Position numbers and translations under genes: made by a program
The notes under the pieces: generated by a model
Seen by the model: only the letters and a program-made list of their open reading frames with translations
Told to the model about the DNA's origin: nothing
Databases searched by the model: none
Assembly: GCA_002011125.2 (NCBI GenBank)
Contig: MTMF02000009.1
Coordinates: forward strand, 1,064,989-1,128,988
DNA length: 64,000 nucleotides
Source of the DNA: Candidatus Hydrothermarchaeum profundi
GTDB taxonomy: Archaea > Hydrothermarchaeota > Hydrothermarchaeia > Hydrothermarchaeales > Hydrothermarchaeaceae
Direction of reading: 5' to 3'
Shown: positions 59,301 to 61,864 of the stretch, one piece after another
Layout: every line of letters begins with the position of its first letter
Position numbering within the stretch: the stretch's first letter is position 1

Positions 59301-61864
59301 AATATGATACAAGTGACATTACTATAAAACTGGATTTCTCAGGCGTTGCTTATAGTAATATTAGCAATTTAGCGGTCTATAGATGCTCAAATTGGAGCAT
59401 AGATCTCAGGAAGTGCTATGACTCTGAGTGGACTATGCCAACCGTAACAAAACTAGACGAAGAAAATAAGATTATTGAAGTTTGGACTTCAACTCTCTCA
59501 GCATATGTGGTCGGAGAACCAGATATATCAAGAGATATAACATCACCGGAAATAACCATAACTTCCCCAGCACAAGAAACAACATCGAGTTGCTCAGCAG
59601 ATGTTGATATGAAGGGTAGCATCGAGGAAGACGTTTCTGATCTTAGTTGGGTCGAGTATAGAATTGATGGAGGAAACTGGACGAGAGCTAATATTTCCCT
59701 GGGTACAAGTATGGTGGAAGACCTTAGTTTGACATGCACAAGCAAAAAGAGCTGCGAATTCCAGTTAAATCTCACAGATCTTTCATATGGTGACCACACA
59801 GCTGAGATAAGAGCCAATAATAGCGCGGGACTCCTCTCAGATACAGAGAAGCGTACATGGAGCATTATTTACTGTGGTTCTCCCCCGGCTCCGCCACCAG
59901 CCGGAGGCGGCGGCGGTGGAGGCGGCGGAGTAGCAGCGCCTGTTGTAAATATCACTCCACTAAAAGAAATGTTGAATGAAAGCTTAGAGGAAGTAGCAAA
60001 GGAACCTAAAGTTCCATCATTTAGTGTAGAAACAAATCTTGGCAGCGTAGAGTTGTATCCAGGTGAAGAGAAATGGTATTCAATTTGGATCACTAATCAT
60101 CTCAAGAGGAATCAGTCGGCTAATCTAACTGTAGTTGGCAGAGCAGCTAAGCATATTGAGCTTTACTGGGACGGTATTAAACTCCATACTAAAGATACGA
60201 TAACAATAGATCCTCAATCAACCGAAAACGTTAGAGTGAGAGTTTATGCGTTATCAGCCGAGAAAGAGGGTATCTCTACAGCAGACATAGTGATAAAGAT
60301 AGACGGTAAAACTCACATAGTACCTGTAACGGTGAAGGTAGTTGAGAAGAAAGAGCCGTTGATGGATGTTAAGGTGGAGGCTATTACGAAGGAGCTTTCG
60401 TTGGGTAGTCCTTTGAAGTTTTATGTTTCTCTTTATAATCTTGGTTTTAAGGAGAGGTTTGATGTTCATCTGGTGTATGCGGTTAAGGAGTTGGAGACTG
60501 AGAGGGTTTTGACTAAGGTTGAGGAGGAGATGGCTATTGAGACTTCTCTTTCTTTTGTTAGGGTTATTCCGGCTGAGAACCTTAGCTTGGAGGCCGGTAG
60601 GTATTATATTGAGGCGGCGGCCTTGTATGAGAATAAGTCTGCTTCTGCCGCGGATATCTTCACGGTGTTTAAGCCTTTCTGGACTACAACCAAAAAAATA
60701 GCAATGATAGCACTCTTCCTTATCACAACCGCGGGTGCATCCGGATATAGAGCAAGGAAGTGGTATATTGCTAGAAAGCAAGCAGCTGCTAGATATCTCC
60801 ATGCTACGCAATACAAAGATCTGCCTAAAGGACCCATGTGGATTGGGAAGATAGCTGAGACTGATATAAGAGCAGAATTTGATCCTAATGACTTAAGAAC
60901 TCATATGATTGTTGCAGGCGCTACTGGATCTGGTAAATCAGTAGCAGCCTCCGTAATCGTAGAAGAGTTACTCGAACTAAAGATTCCAGTTGTGGTATTT
61001 GATCCAACGGCCCAATGGACAGGATTTGTCAGGCCCTGTAGGGATGAGAATTTCTTCAAAGTATACTCGAAGTTCGGTATGAGAAGGGAAGATGCGAAAC
61101 CCTATCGGGGCCTAATATTCGAAGTCACTGATCCTAATGTAAGAATAGATTTCAAAAAGTATATGAATCCTGGTGAGATCACGATATTCACGTTAGATAA
61201 GCTAAAGCCTGGCGAGTATGATCAAGCCGTTATGAACATAGTTGATACCATTTTCGACATGGGCTGGGAGGAGTCTACTGAGTTAAAAATGGCTATTGTA
61301 TTTGATGAGATCCATAGACTCCACGAGAAATATGGTGGTAAGGGTGGTTATATCGCCTTAGAAAAAGGAGCAAGAGAATTCAGAAAGTGGGGTATAGGCC
61401 TCATAATGGTTTCTCAAGTACTTGCGGACTTCAAGGAGGAGCTTAAGGGTAATGTATTGACGGAACTACAGCTTCATACCAAGTCGTTGAGCGACGTTGA
61501 GAGAGTAAAAGAGAAATACGGAGAAGAGTACGCCAGTAGGTTAACTAAGCTAGAAGTAGGCGTGGGGATGATGCAGAATCCAAAGTATAATGGTGGAAGG
61601 CCCTTCTTTGTACACATCCGGCCGGTTAAGCACGAAGCCCATAAGTTGCCTGATCGGGATCTCGAAACCTATAAAGAGTTTGATAATCTATTGAGCATGA
61701 TTGAGACTACTATCGAGAACCTCAAGGCAAGCGGAGTAGACACTTTCGATCTCGAGCTAGAATTCAAACTCGCTAGAGATAAATTGAAAGAAGGTAGATT
61801 TAGAATGGCCGAGATATATGCTGAATCGCTTTTAGAGAGTTTAAAAAGGTATGAAAGAAGATGA
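29357..61864 (+). CDS. Giant (10,835 aa) membrane-anchored repeat glycoprotein fused to a cytoplasmic HerA/FtsK/VirB4-like (DUF87-type) ATPase
   Basis: Uninterrupted 32,508-bp ORF with a hydrophobic N-terminal signal, about 24 repeats, a G9 linker and a TM helix near 60695-60750. Walker A GATGSGKS at 60917-60940, Walker B AIVFDEIH and REFRKWGIGLIMVSQ. Confidence 0.92.
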   Translation: MSNSSRERPVLSVWILPFILVLTILASLMANSQTQDANITILNPYEHPRLGGNWTIYFTTTGEGSLSIYDHSFPEEVEFVDLYKKKNSEWKVVPVTINDDLIQAYWAYSQGKVVFKVKTPKKHILEIRYGEQKVYAHNFASLSVNLNAPSRVLRGDIINISGYAMNHNLSSVYINYSLPEGFDIIFGESKKYCGGSPICWNNITINTSRVSLGEHVVKLEACSYDICESNTTKLVIENVKTVVGEPLQGRAIIGLPVEWKQDFNIWNPSLRKVYNYTLPLPLDAFDINAGSIRVIDNVLQEIDGGENLSFSVKYYTSPPLLTSEDKLLLLQDLLPDNSIDIKVYEDGVQLFSASNIDMLKELQLKVPVKAITVFQNSSVAYENVEVNVSVEGVLLKNKTKLEPIRAELSNGSLFWIIPRLENSETFYIISSYNKSQGEARVGEIVRWRLDLGKRIVEYSTPSPKILETEILENGKWSKAINIKSDVLLENVTVNSTIPEVNFTKGKKLKIKPKKSYFKVNENPEFEVEVDTNISLIWTNGTTPLFNESTDVTNETSHSVRFLDTDNNGFSDTIVWTIPYLDEQNYIIEKDSGIITAEVEDSHGVRAGVKPKVINVGGGKYKLEIPSTRAIKPGLYKLVVESNGEREELWFQWGLISINTEKAVYHPDEDVKIIMVVLDKEGHLVSGADVNLIVNPPIGRPTTYSTSDKTIVETQRGIYEAVYRASREGNYTLFASVKAQDVVSSIDSYFTVRDFYEFDILRNIPVTIDPRVGPFNSSIKVISYVGHGTLTLREYLPAVFDVNAGNAIIKEEGDTIILEWKNLTNGSKVVYKFNTPFIWPYLYMIGPVEIIYDNGTYVEARPWMLAVDPSEEICNWYEDTVSWTAFGTTNLGAIEYYNWTLDTPCPGSLDCYIANISVYIKYTDQGTGAGADPGQSYVQIANFTERNPDPSLANYSRYAAYSPDTAGGETVERWECGESTSPNTCSLSLGSGYNASDYYSVKIEVPAKYSAAVSSVKYLWCYNTSNPALVDANVTPARGGWGEIFNFTVNASDPQNSTVNISLWKSYSILDPTWILIDNYSLYPSDPPVIVNFTGRFFKQSDVDSTIYYKFNATDGSNTNETEIRSLIIEKDDIIIQHGSGNGTTVNRSDSLSNYSVNLTTIVFDTDNQTNVSDGIPGKLWITHDASLGYQVGDQEGASTLNGYLRASATDGVFNPDCNYKAGVQKWYMEITDNSYYKTNTSINYSGDNFTITILGDLSISSYNILPSATIEIGNNVTIISDVQDDCGSDIDDASVTFRIVNNTYGYDNTYSADFIPSSDDYRFNLTTNFSTIEGVYNVYINSYKEYHWNGTATTQFRLYYNPLLEDASVSASEIDVGQYLNFTVNVTDTFNDTVSIYLWTKKGIGNWTLENSTTCTDYVFQCTNCSDFVAYCYKQFSGGDAGTWSFKFNATDDKGNTRETDIGSFQVNNVTLVWNHVQGNDSLANRSGTQNTTLVLNITKQSDGSPITNEQVELWVSTEGDIEISSTKVMTNTTDSSGLVYFDFDPSCSINVGVQEWKGVMAGSAGYTNPDSWEDANLYLAVTVNGTLQNSIDEPNGDDNTTAGNIITLQGVIVDDCGNAMNITNGTGYATENIAFNLTNGGFTESCTPITLIGSNVYKCSWNTTGKPSGWYNVTFSADEDYYYGSTVTQYAPNTFFLFTPPVLEDYSVTPTSAGWGEGNFTFRVNVSDYTDYSGLTVNDTVSVHLWENPGSGWTEISPTNYACTGCDDEQFTWSKEYSCTEGGASEVGSIFYKINATDDFDGESQTETLSFTVEKDDAKIYNVTPSWNATINRSSGVTFIVQINDTDRNTPISNINEFGRIYVTIDADLGAWDSPIFSSTNATGYLNRTLTGGETGTWCTGGYKLGQGYWKAEIKDRACYKDNTTVDIPFILYGDLINTIQEPDGTQNYTKGAGSIRMNGTIIDDCSASITGSGTTVIFEISNGAYTDTCVGNPVGSYYICDWTPPQGAPLGWYNVTMTSSKSNYNNGSDTVNNAFFLRSVPRLENPSIQAGAWGQSPFNFTVTLKNDNNVTTYVYLWLYNASSGWNLEDTRICTDSECYSYQANFSRNFSKDEVGSWQYKFNATDISGATNNTLSPSSFEVLKDDVIVSYIAGDGVEVNRSSGSVILRVQINDTIRGNIVVDEGTSCAFWIEKDGVNYASALINTTDSLGYCTYYFTPGNDYGAGEQNWTAGTYNDPYYNNNNLSVAKYLIIYGDLSANISDPGDSNIGDLITIRGRVIDDNSSEVVGANVIFELRREPTDSWEICGVTYNETGSNAGWYNCTWNSTGKTAGSWDVRMKVSKSYHNPNETIEIDLFNLISQPPSGTGLSVTPPVGGWGETFTYNVSVSDPENDNVTCKLWVNTSGSWELKGSQIQTAPYNCSIQVSDYTTLDINSNYSFKFELNDSNNLVNTSLAYGEIEKDDTSLDILVNDEDAIRGQTIVFSGVLTDTDNGNPISGAAINLTKDGEYVPYSNTTNSTGGYVIYYTISSSEAFGGHNFSVIYEGSSSLKGSISSNISVNISPSLTLLDLTTDDNKGWGETWNFKVNVTSDPAAPSVTIWLQYNRSGSWVNINYTECADCTTTTTKIITSNWSRDDSNLTRYYRFYANDSNQNNATTPSGNVNIQKDDIVIQGEGGVGATINRSNSINLSSRVIDLDTGAYEVDINTTSAFSTWITADGENYTEVSEEKNETHFYYTFTPTCGGQYQLGTQKWKMNVSNAAYFKDNESAEYTITILGSLSNILIQPNGSTNYTIGDTIILRGNVSDDCGNAVTGATVSFKLETNGATYLCEGASVSDEGNGWYNCSWDSSGKLNGTWYNVTIIASKTNYWNGSDSIANAFYLSTRPVLEDVLVSPPTGGWGKSPYYYTVNVTDTDGNNVTIRFYLRNETGEWILRNSTSCVNCNDYIVNFSWSYSYTDVGTWFFKFNATDESGSTATTSGEENHTISKDDILVSYLAGDGVEVNRSGNDYVNLSTFITDTERNVNVTDASVKIWVTTDGTIFDNGTTVTPEGNYYVFQFNPPGAPSCNYSAGVQKWKMNITGDPRYLDNTSQEFSVKIYADMDIAILEPNSEDITIGDSITIIGNVTDDCGVPVTDASVFFNITRNGAYVGNCTATHVGGGNYSCSWDSTGKTEGWYNVTMISERSYYYNKTSLKSNAFRLVGAPKLDNPSYSTSSGGNGWGATYNYTITVTDTEEDTVTVYFWIKKAGGTWAYQGNQTCTNCSGYVMSFLKNFTCNDQGTWFFKFNATDQGGNTNTTSESDNYHNVEKDRVSFTHVSGNGTEATTVIPTTFKLYLGDIDKGEAVADGTEVIFNVTYDGTNYFEYGPNLTQGGNVSYSFLPNMSFTSGWQSWTGQHIEDSCYLYNISSIYVVNVTLKYPPYIENGTVSGVTGGVSKGWGETWNFSVWVKDVDDAVTVTLWKTDLSGYVEDSNWENISQQVYTDIGNWQQLNFSPIFTPSDMGTWYYKFNATDEATNTNSTQRSLNSNFTITKEGIIFEYDASWAENNESIPANRSGTQSKELLILVKDINGTPLSNFNVTFQIERKGEGTNTWWDYDVVTNSSGYANLSFDPTCDNASTVGVDERFEVGKQKWRVKVVGLSDYNDSYSDEYNLTIWGDTRIYFDYPLNQTYTLPNRVPFEGRIFDDCGESLPNAEVEFWALGATHYLCGNTSSGDAYEPVPGLYRCRNEGEDGWKTSDKPTGYYNATWNITLSYYYINNSISGRIVPITDNLTLAKSPGWFELTISANAPDLSEADVEPRRDGWGVKRNFSVKVTNQNGDVMNISLWYQPPAQAEILLAYTGNVTSNGSDIIYFRDISFDSSLSGQVMKFKFYASDNDGDSYTGAGDYNASGDATLADNEFYLEKDDVVIEYVSGNETTVSSSGVVGEPLTLRIYDSDRKTYNIAPSATVIFNVTVDGENYTTVNTSTTNDTGYAEGTFTATSPPFPAGVSKQKWVGYIPNSDSYYKYTLSNIYNVTIDINNPPDMTDEKVNGVTEGASEGWGFVFNFSVKVRDDKNATTNISLWVDTANTADYELINYTICDACGSAGWVTINLSAKFTASDIGSASYYFKAVDNTSNENVTSAHTFTIEEDEVTFEVDPNSNGTNIIVNRSANAQPLNLTVRLRDENGSYLGGGISNTLTISKVGVYPGATWDSGRTVITNASGYAVYEFTPTCDNESTSLVDEEYEVGLHSWYIKVDDSESLYQPNQSDYYTFKVMGTLMNTIDEPKGNVTYDAGEIILIQGFIENYCGEPITTDVSNVWYNLTNGPYEYSCTNVTRTGANVYKCEWDSTGAQAGCYNVTMHSSMENYYDNETTKLAGTTFCLETPPSLQYANVSPREDGWGKNFTFSVNASDNEGDNVTVNLSYAIGSKSSAWYQILPSKTFTAGLNQTRLEWNKSYSCSEVGKTLFFKFYAIDTQGFTDETTASSYYIDGSDSFSITKDDVQILYSGGNNSEVNRSGNDTARLVLRVFDVDSNSYVNSTPTNVYFNVTIDGENFTRAYDTSGVSYATTNSTGHVVFDFNATCEHQVGQQKWIGYISGDSCYLNQVSSDYVLTVIGDLTTEINTGRANKSYYQNEDVDLWFEVRDECGSLIPGATLDVLVYYNSTLNYSCSPVTDHNNGTYNCTWQTANTTDYPTGAWKVRVISSKLPNYNNGSDIKTEAILLSSALNSAPELSNAVVEPNGWGGLTNYSVTVFDVDGDDVNVSLYENKSGSWVYIGSEICSTCSSSTQINFSVSHNWTDVGTMFYKFTAFDGTIETELIPASYQILKDNVSFLGVDGEASVNRSGTQTATLNFSVYDITNNSYVADYGKPEANCSVWMTKDYSSYYLSNISVTSNSLCTVEFDPDESYEVGVQYWKGGVYNDKYYADKNTSNRTILIIGDLYNAITTPDGDSYNIGQTVTIRFNVTDDAGKNLTGLTSQNFTISLEHNGNVYSCTDIVEEGNGWYNCTWNSTGAESGNYNITIISSATYYNNGSTIKENAFFIQAAPILENETVDPETKYWGSYFTFNVTLTDDDDTVTVRLWHRRNGTTTWYKINETTCVDCVGAVISFTRLYSSTEIDTWEWKFNATDGVSDVETTTKNLTVTKRNVTITLVYGDGGVVYRNGTDSLSLILQVKDAVDGSVLPISAGGGGFYVTTDYNNWGTRIDAPTNSSYLTTPPGEFDPDCTYLTGNQKWKGVYDGTSKYYSKETQNYTLNIYSSLSNTILEPLNSQPVQKGQSLLIKGYVEDECGGVEGASVTFDPYIGSTSYAALCASPAPEEGGGNYTCNLDTSLIDDADLGYYNITITSSKGAPYNYTTDVETEVNAFKLGFRPELVNSSVSPSSDGWGSNFTFSVRFRDREGDQGNITLWIAYNESGPWYPIVSRSETNSLWTTLTDIESFTKENFTSALNGVVYFKYNVSDSNGFTNETGVKNFALERDNVTISFVEGSGSVNRLGSNTITLKVRVNDTDAGNVPVGASVKGRIYTDVEYNDTTTDNDGYLYYILDPSCEPLYSAGPHTWVGGTFNDTYYDDENSSQSTFNVTGQLYNNLLEPLLGASFNVNDNITIRFYVSTDCSAEGNQTIDNATIELIHNQSGYTSSCSVITEEAPGVYNCTWDTSGKLEGNWSIRINSSKQYFNNASTLWVNHLMLDNNPPNATLANQTVEVVPAQGPWGISYAYRVNISDPEGDNVSCILYANTNGTWVMRGSVTVEGGSGVCTIILPNSTFNKADYYYNYSGNNVKFYFAIDDGQSGEAFNTTIVYSPSFEKDDVVVTYGGLGNDTYLVRNSDNQILRLRINDTDAGIPANNANGTIWITNVSGIWIPIGSNTTDNNGYLSINFTPDCSYSIGKQNWTGGTDGDLYYVNRNTTDNLVITIMGGLSSNAWSLNESHSLDSNFTRGEENITIRANITDECSALVSSANVEFTLSQGSQNYTCNVVEEASQVGYYNCTISTNDTWSAGWYNLTVTSSKSNYQMDSNLIENFLFIETKPKLTEPNVTTSNGSNVGGYSEIFNFTVKLTDEDLDEVTVYFWYKKVGDNWTLLGTEQASGIGVVVYKTLTQKPLGNYLAKFNATDPRGYINETETVNFTIEGDDVNFIALEGNGSSVVRTSGSVNLTVRVTDLDTDPESVVDAFTQGKIWVTTDAELNIWDSGISAQTYPDSDGVLRTLSDEQITFSPDCNYKVGIQKWKAGLTDTGDKYKEQNSSEWLVTITSSLNANITYPINKTFLRGDSILVNGTVGDECTTSVEGANVTFNLTHMSTGDNLTCQAQDDGEGNYSCTISTTGLSDIWLGYYSITMIVEKPHYTSAYDFENRSLFLASAPVIDSATLTLPKGKVSEAKWGDGIYQWDINIIDNDQDNVTVELWKKIGSGNWVKINSTVSVYPARTISFKHYLNCSDIGTNYWKVNVTDIWGYTATTDGTDNFGVDKDDTTAVQVTPDGVEVNRSDTEPGNTLIITYRIWDSSKGDYAEGANGFFNITYDGVNQTPNRYNTSDSNGYVRFYFNPENNFSVGPQTWRGGVINDGCYYDSNVLERTLYINGTLTLNLTQPANGSVFAVNDNITIRLNISSDGSEVPSDAVVTIQLIDKNNNVESCTPVLNEGGENASWFNCTWDTTAHVGGAWDILVNASKSYFNFNSTLFIDWFNLTNTPPSTANINVTPSIGGWGRNFTFTIDVDDTQNDDVTCTLYTNTTGVWIERGNDTVYGGHGTCTVTVSPFLGNGFNYSDVGNDNYFKFRVDDKTEGNVFEVNSSGPIIEKDTIQLIYIQGDNSEVNRSNSQTTTFVLFVNDTDKGIGVQDPNVSVKFNVTTDGSSYNFDGENYTNSSGYVIYYFDPGDIYNIGIQNWTAYVVNDLAYKNAVLGVYTTTILGDLNYQIEEPQGSRILRGNNVTIRLNITDDRSTPQLVPNAAVKIILTSNLTGQSFVCNVNNETGANAGYYNCTFETNSTVPAGAYNITVEASKSYYNNISEDVPYIAGVSSFFLETKPHIENPVLITTTANGSLGDGGWGEDYNFSVYVYDYDMDTLTVKLWINLSTGWTQKGTTLVDGNGTVSFIFNDVDTINKDEVGDRSFYFWVSDSIYNNQTDYQNFTVGKDDVSFTLISGNSTFNRSTPGDYFLNVSIYDSDLGVKMESGITTNFWYTKDGSTFVRSPNEFTDSNGEAKTKITISCGGGFSVGPQYWFNEFSGGAYYKHVNSTIYTYTVVTEPLTAVIETPNNEEPHLRGASDPINISVKVTDDCGGVENASLVINILGPSIKECTNIVNISGGYYNCTVSDTSTYSYGIYNVTSNVTKAFYNGTYVISESAFAIASAPGLPTIWADTPQTPYYTDNSWGETWRFYARVEDADGGDVNVTLWSNKSGAWELVNSTMCYSCYGGDIYFYENNLFTGDDIGKQYFKFNVTDQYNYTTESLDNVTVNPDDLEINIISGFSETVNREGNDTALFVIRIKDKDRTKALGIDVYLGEGRSGMFWVTTSGIENGPVDSGTSNTTESNGYLRLNFDPDSNIHGVGLQYWDGGIIGDPWYTSRNLSQDKGQKYEVTIIGQLKNNITNPTYGTNITVGSLVDINVSIFTDNSTQDYQENTSVVIKVKSSTGSWINCEPVISEGDGKYTCTWDTTGLEGGNWSILVNSSKQYYNDNATIFWNWTYLKNTPPNATGLKVSPSTGGWGENFTFSVNVTDAQNDTVTCTLYTSNDNGATWILRGNDTVIDTYPGPAICSVQVSPYFGNGFNSSDIGKNHTYKFEIKDTTIGNEFNVSPVSGPQIEPDDVTIVYVWNSSDIVNRDTGNIDFILKVYDNDLKNYAEGANITIWITTDGSNYSGNSSLTNSSGDILISFDPSCDYTAGVQYWFGNITDWRFKSANTSIYLLTIIGSLDNPFTQLTTPNVGSEFLRGENISFSGSVYDDCSNIVNDANVSFISTHTSSGNEYLCQATYNNTDQVYKCTRNTSGMEARYYNVTMNISKAYYDDYAITYENRFYIITEPEFSGISVNPTQGGWGEVFSFTVNITDDDLDNVTLWLYARRYGTAEWNNLNSTSIVGALNETVTLTASRFDSVTYNAWQGPDNETWEFVFRARDNSSRNNDLYSSTVNFTIEQDDVRFEIVSGDGESIWRNGTDTERLVVRAIDADTNQPLPASMSINFSITVNGTDFETSFKNITNSSGYAVYEFSPTCSYTTGIQYWKVTSDNNQYYKNSESDNYTIILYGNLSSTIELPDISVPGYKAYAYLRGTDVPISGLLEDDCGNPVENATVTYTIEKGNPVKIAPGASVGLGYYNYTWTESGGKPYGYYNITMSSSKDYYASNTTKKENAFYLADDPYLGTPALTVEDDYGWGEDFTFSVPLEDWDGDIVNVTLLKKKEGENWTVIDSKNATTSTVQFIESFTPDDMGLNYYKINATDPWGFSTESTIKNFTIIEDDIAVYINEGGGKDVNRKTGSQLLEGWFKDIDTGQGVPDGVEGKIWVTLDGSTYTLEFTCNTTTKNSIPGYCGVYYTPPCSSEVGTQYWKVGVTDSRYKSVNASDSITVKGQLNTTVVSPDDGIILNRGTTEVLLNATVWDECGNEKTYEQNLEVRWYNSTSTVSSNLLVTGNNVTWQVPDNYELGPETIYADAGNLPNYNNANTNCEAYCGNVSVDIYGWSQLYSIAPVNGTILQAWEGREDIRCVVKDPDLEWPGWIVGYPVEFFKDGISVWNDTTDDNGEAIWGRLIASEGWYLAEESYGWHNITCRIKDNASKFYNVSVSEISSLIFVNRTLVLDDFSANPATIYRNDSFSPNESVISVTLIDSDATIGGEENATVFFYNHTMDYIGECKTDSSGTCSIIFNPSDTIAPGIYDIYMNATSSDPKVANLSISKISLTVLGKLNVNITSPEPRTYTKYSSIPLTAIITSENGDQITDAYVAWYNSSGDIIAVGNGSETWSTGSLAVQKTGEQVITANASKDYYDSNSGVVTIVIGGEAKVEYLAPKSDTNYPDPISISCLVKDVTYDTGIENYTVDFWKSYSGEEYTYLSTEKTNSSGIANYTWVPPKKGTVTFRCNITSESNYTVNSTRGDNVSSFTITIRDIKPPTISSVVIYPNQSFEAYTTVNISANITDDSGIENAWVRIITPNESVVIIDMQNVSSIYSAQYDPPVDGRYKVEIHAVDLPPDSNENMVYSYIYVWGKANATLNNTPISVNLWNVFYNKGETFELSLNFTNYGNGTAYAVNITYNDTDPEVDLEFIPDSWECGNVNKSESCAINVNVTIPSATTQRTIIVQANATWRNPDRTINISTVTTAAVVKDNRVIEFAVIPDMPFITPHGTISSTSIVLLSSGNANVGKTNVSARDGDEINKLHDYCPDCKVRIENEKIYYISSLPWGTNKTMLLTVEVPTYQPPGTYITHVWAEPENAASIQFPLTIEIPGNASWQVSPNDLGNTTSFVPLPGQYTEGKIGDIVITNIGNVRIDYSASTPSISDMNGTTIQAIFTDTGTSENYAYPGNSIVLEVNYSIPYTAEMGTYCDNIRIDVTNAESVPPEEAEPTWIYIPFCLEVTEPKTYWNHTPEVISAEVLHGTSGYLANVTIVNTGNTPAIIHVSTNGSISTNITNISLEVGESISVPLNYSVNYTTQRIYDISYLITDNETVNITRYTIVNLTVHPYSFEITYPTEADRAVNKVAGEILTILVNATYGMPISSGMKFTVEISNETETIIFNDSEVNSSYDPDTGLWAINVTIPELGDPSAPERVASINVSANYTDIGFVLSDYEQNALVYKDTVKPILFVSVTPWFGLINDTINLSVMATDAGGINKISGNVTIENETYDLNLTYTGNYENTYTYEGNFNNTRRSGIYHVSIVAWDTSNNSEIIETDFGIYSPISIGGVVEGANDTIVNANFTLYEAGYYGDSSRILYNISSNESGYNETIANTTYDVGIRVYKHEVIFKGITADILSRAIKVDRISENISISNPPAIGYAGLAIEAEYDTSDITIKLDFSGVAYSNISNLAVYRCSNWSIDLRKCYDSEWTMPTVTKLDEENKIIEVWTSTLSAYVVGEPDISRDITSPEITITSPAQETTSSCSADVDMKGSIEEDVSDLSWVEYRIDGGNWTRANISLGTSMVEDLSLTCTSKKSCEFQLNLTDLSYGDHTAEIRANNSAGLLSDTEKRTWSIIYCGSPPAPPPAGGGGGGGGGVAAPVVNITPLKEMLNESLEEVAKEPKVPSFSVETNLGSVELYPGEEKWYSIWITNHLKRNQSANLTVVGRAAKHIELYWDGIKLHTKDTITIDPQSTENVRVRVYALSAEKEGISTADIVIKIDGKTHIVPVTVKVVEKKEPLMDVKVEAITKELSLGSPLKFYVSLYNLGFKERFDVHLVYAVKELETERVLTKVEEEMAIETSLSFVRVIPAENLSLEAGRYYIEAAALYENKSASAADIFTVFKPFWTTTKKIAMIALFLITTAGASGYRARKWYIARKQAAARYLHATQYKDLPKGPMWIGKIAETDIRAEFDPNDLRTHMIVAGATGSGKSVAASVIVEELLELKIPVVVFDPTAQWTGFVRPCRDENFFKVYSKFGMRREDAKPYRGLIFEVTDPNVRIDFKKYMNPGEITIFTLDKLKPGEYDQAVMNIVDTIFDMGWEESTELKMAIVFDEIHRLHEKYGGKGGYIALEKGAREFRKWGIGLIMVSQVLADFKEELKGNVLTELQLHTKSLSDVERVKEKYGEEYASRLTKLEVGVGMMQNPKYNGGRPFFVHIRPVKHEAHKLPDRDLETYKEFDNLLSMIETTIENLKASGVDTFDLELEFKLARDKLKEGRFRMAEIYAESLLESLKRYERR
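32430..55400 (+). repeat. About 24 diverged tandem protein repeats (mostly ~330 aa) within the giant ORF
   Basis: GWG-x-x-F-N-F-T-V anchor at about 32468, 33480 (degenerate), 34499, 35519, 36488, 37091, 38057, 39020, 39671, 40769, 41483, 42509, 43538, 44498, 45473, 46457, 47460, 48464, 49433, 50456, 51434, 52436, 53423 and 54428. Confidence 0.88.
60353..60703 (+). repeat. 351-bp exact direct repeat, copy 1 (membrane-proximal Ig-like domain of the giant protein)
   Basis: Identical by eye to 62251-62601 (offset 1,898 bp), GAGCCGTTGATGGATG...AAAAAAATAGCA. Confidence 0.95.

Noticed and set aside
60254-60811. 185-aa antisense ORF
   Set aside because: A by-product of the G/T wobble skew, which removes TTA/CTA/TCA triplets; it lies inside the giant gene.
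29552-60837. Many short antisense or alternate-frame ORFs inside the giant gene (and likewise in srp54, ths and the 1,963-aa gene)
   Set aside because: Shadow ORFs with no recognisable motifs.
29357-61864. Inteins or Rhs/YD toxin architecture explaining the giant ORF length
   Set aside because: No intein splice motifs, LAGLIDADG blocks or YD/Rhs core were seen; the length is explained by the tandem repeats.
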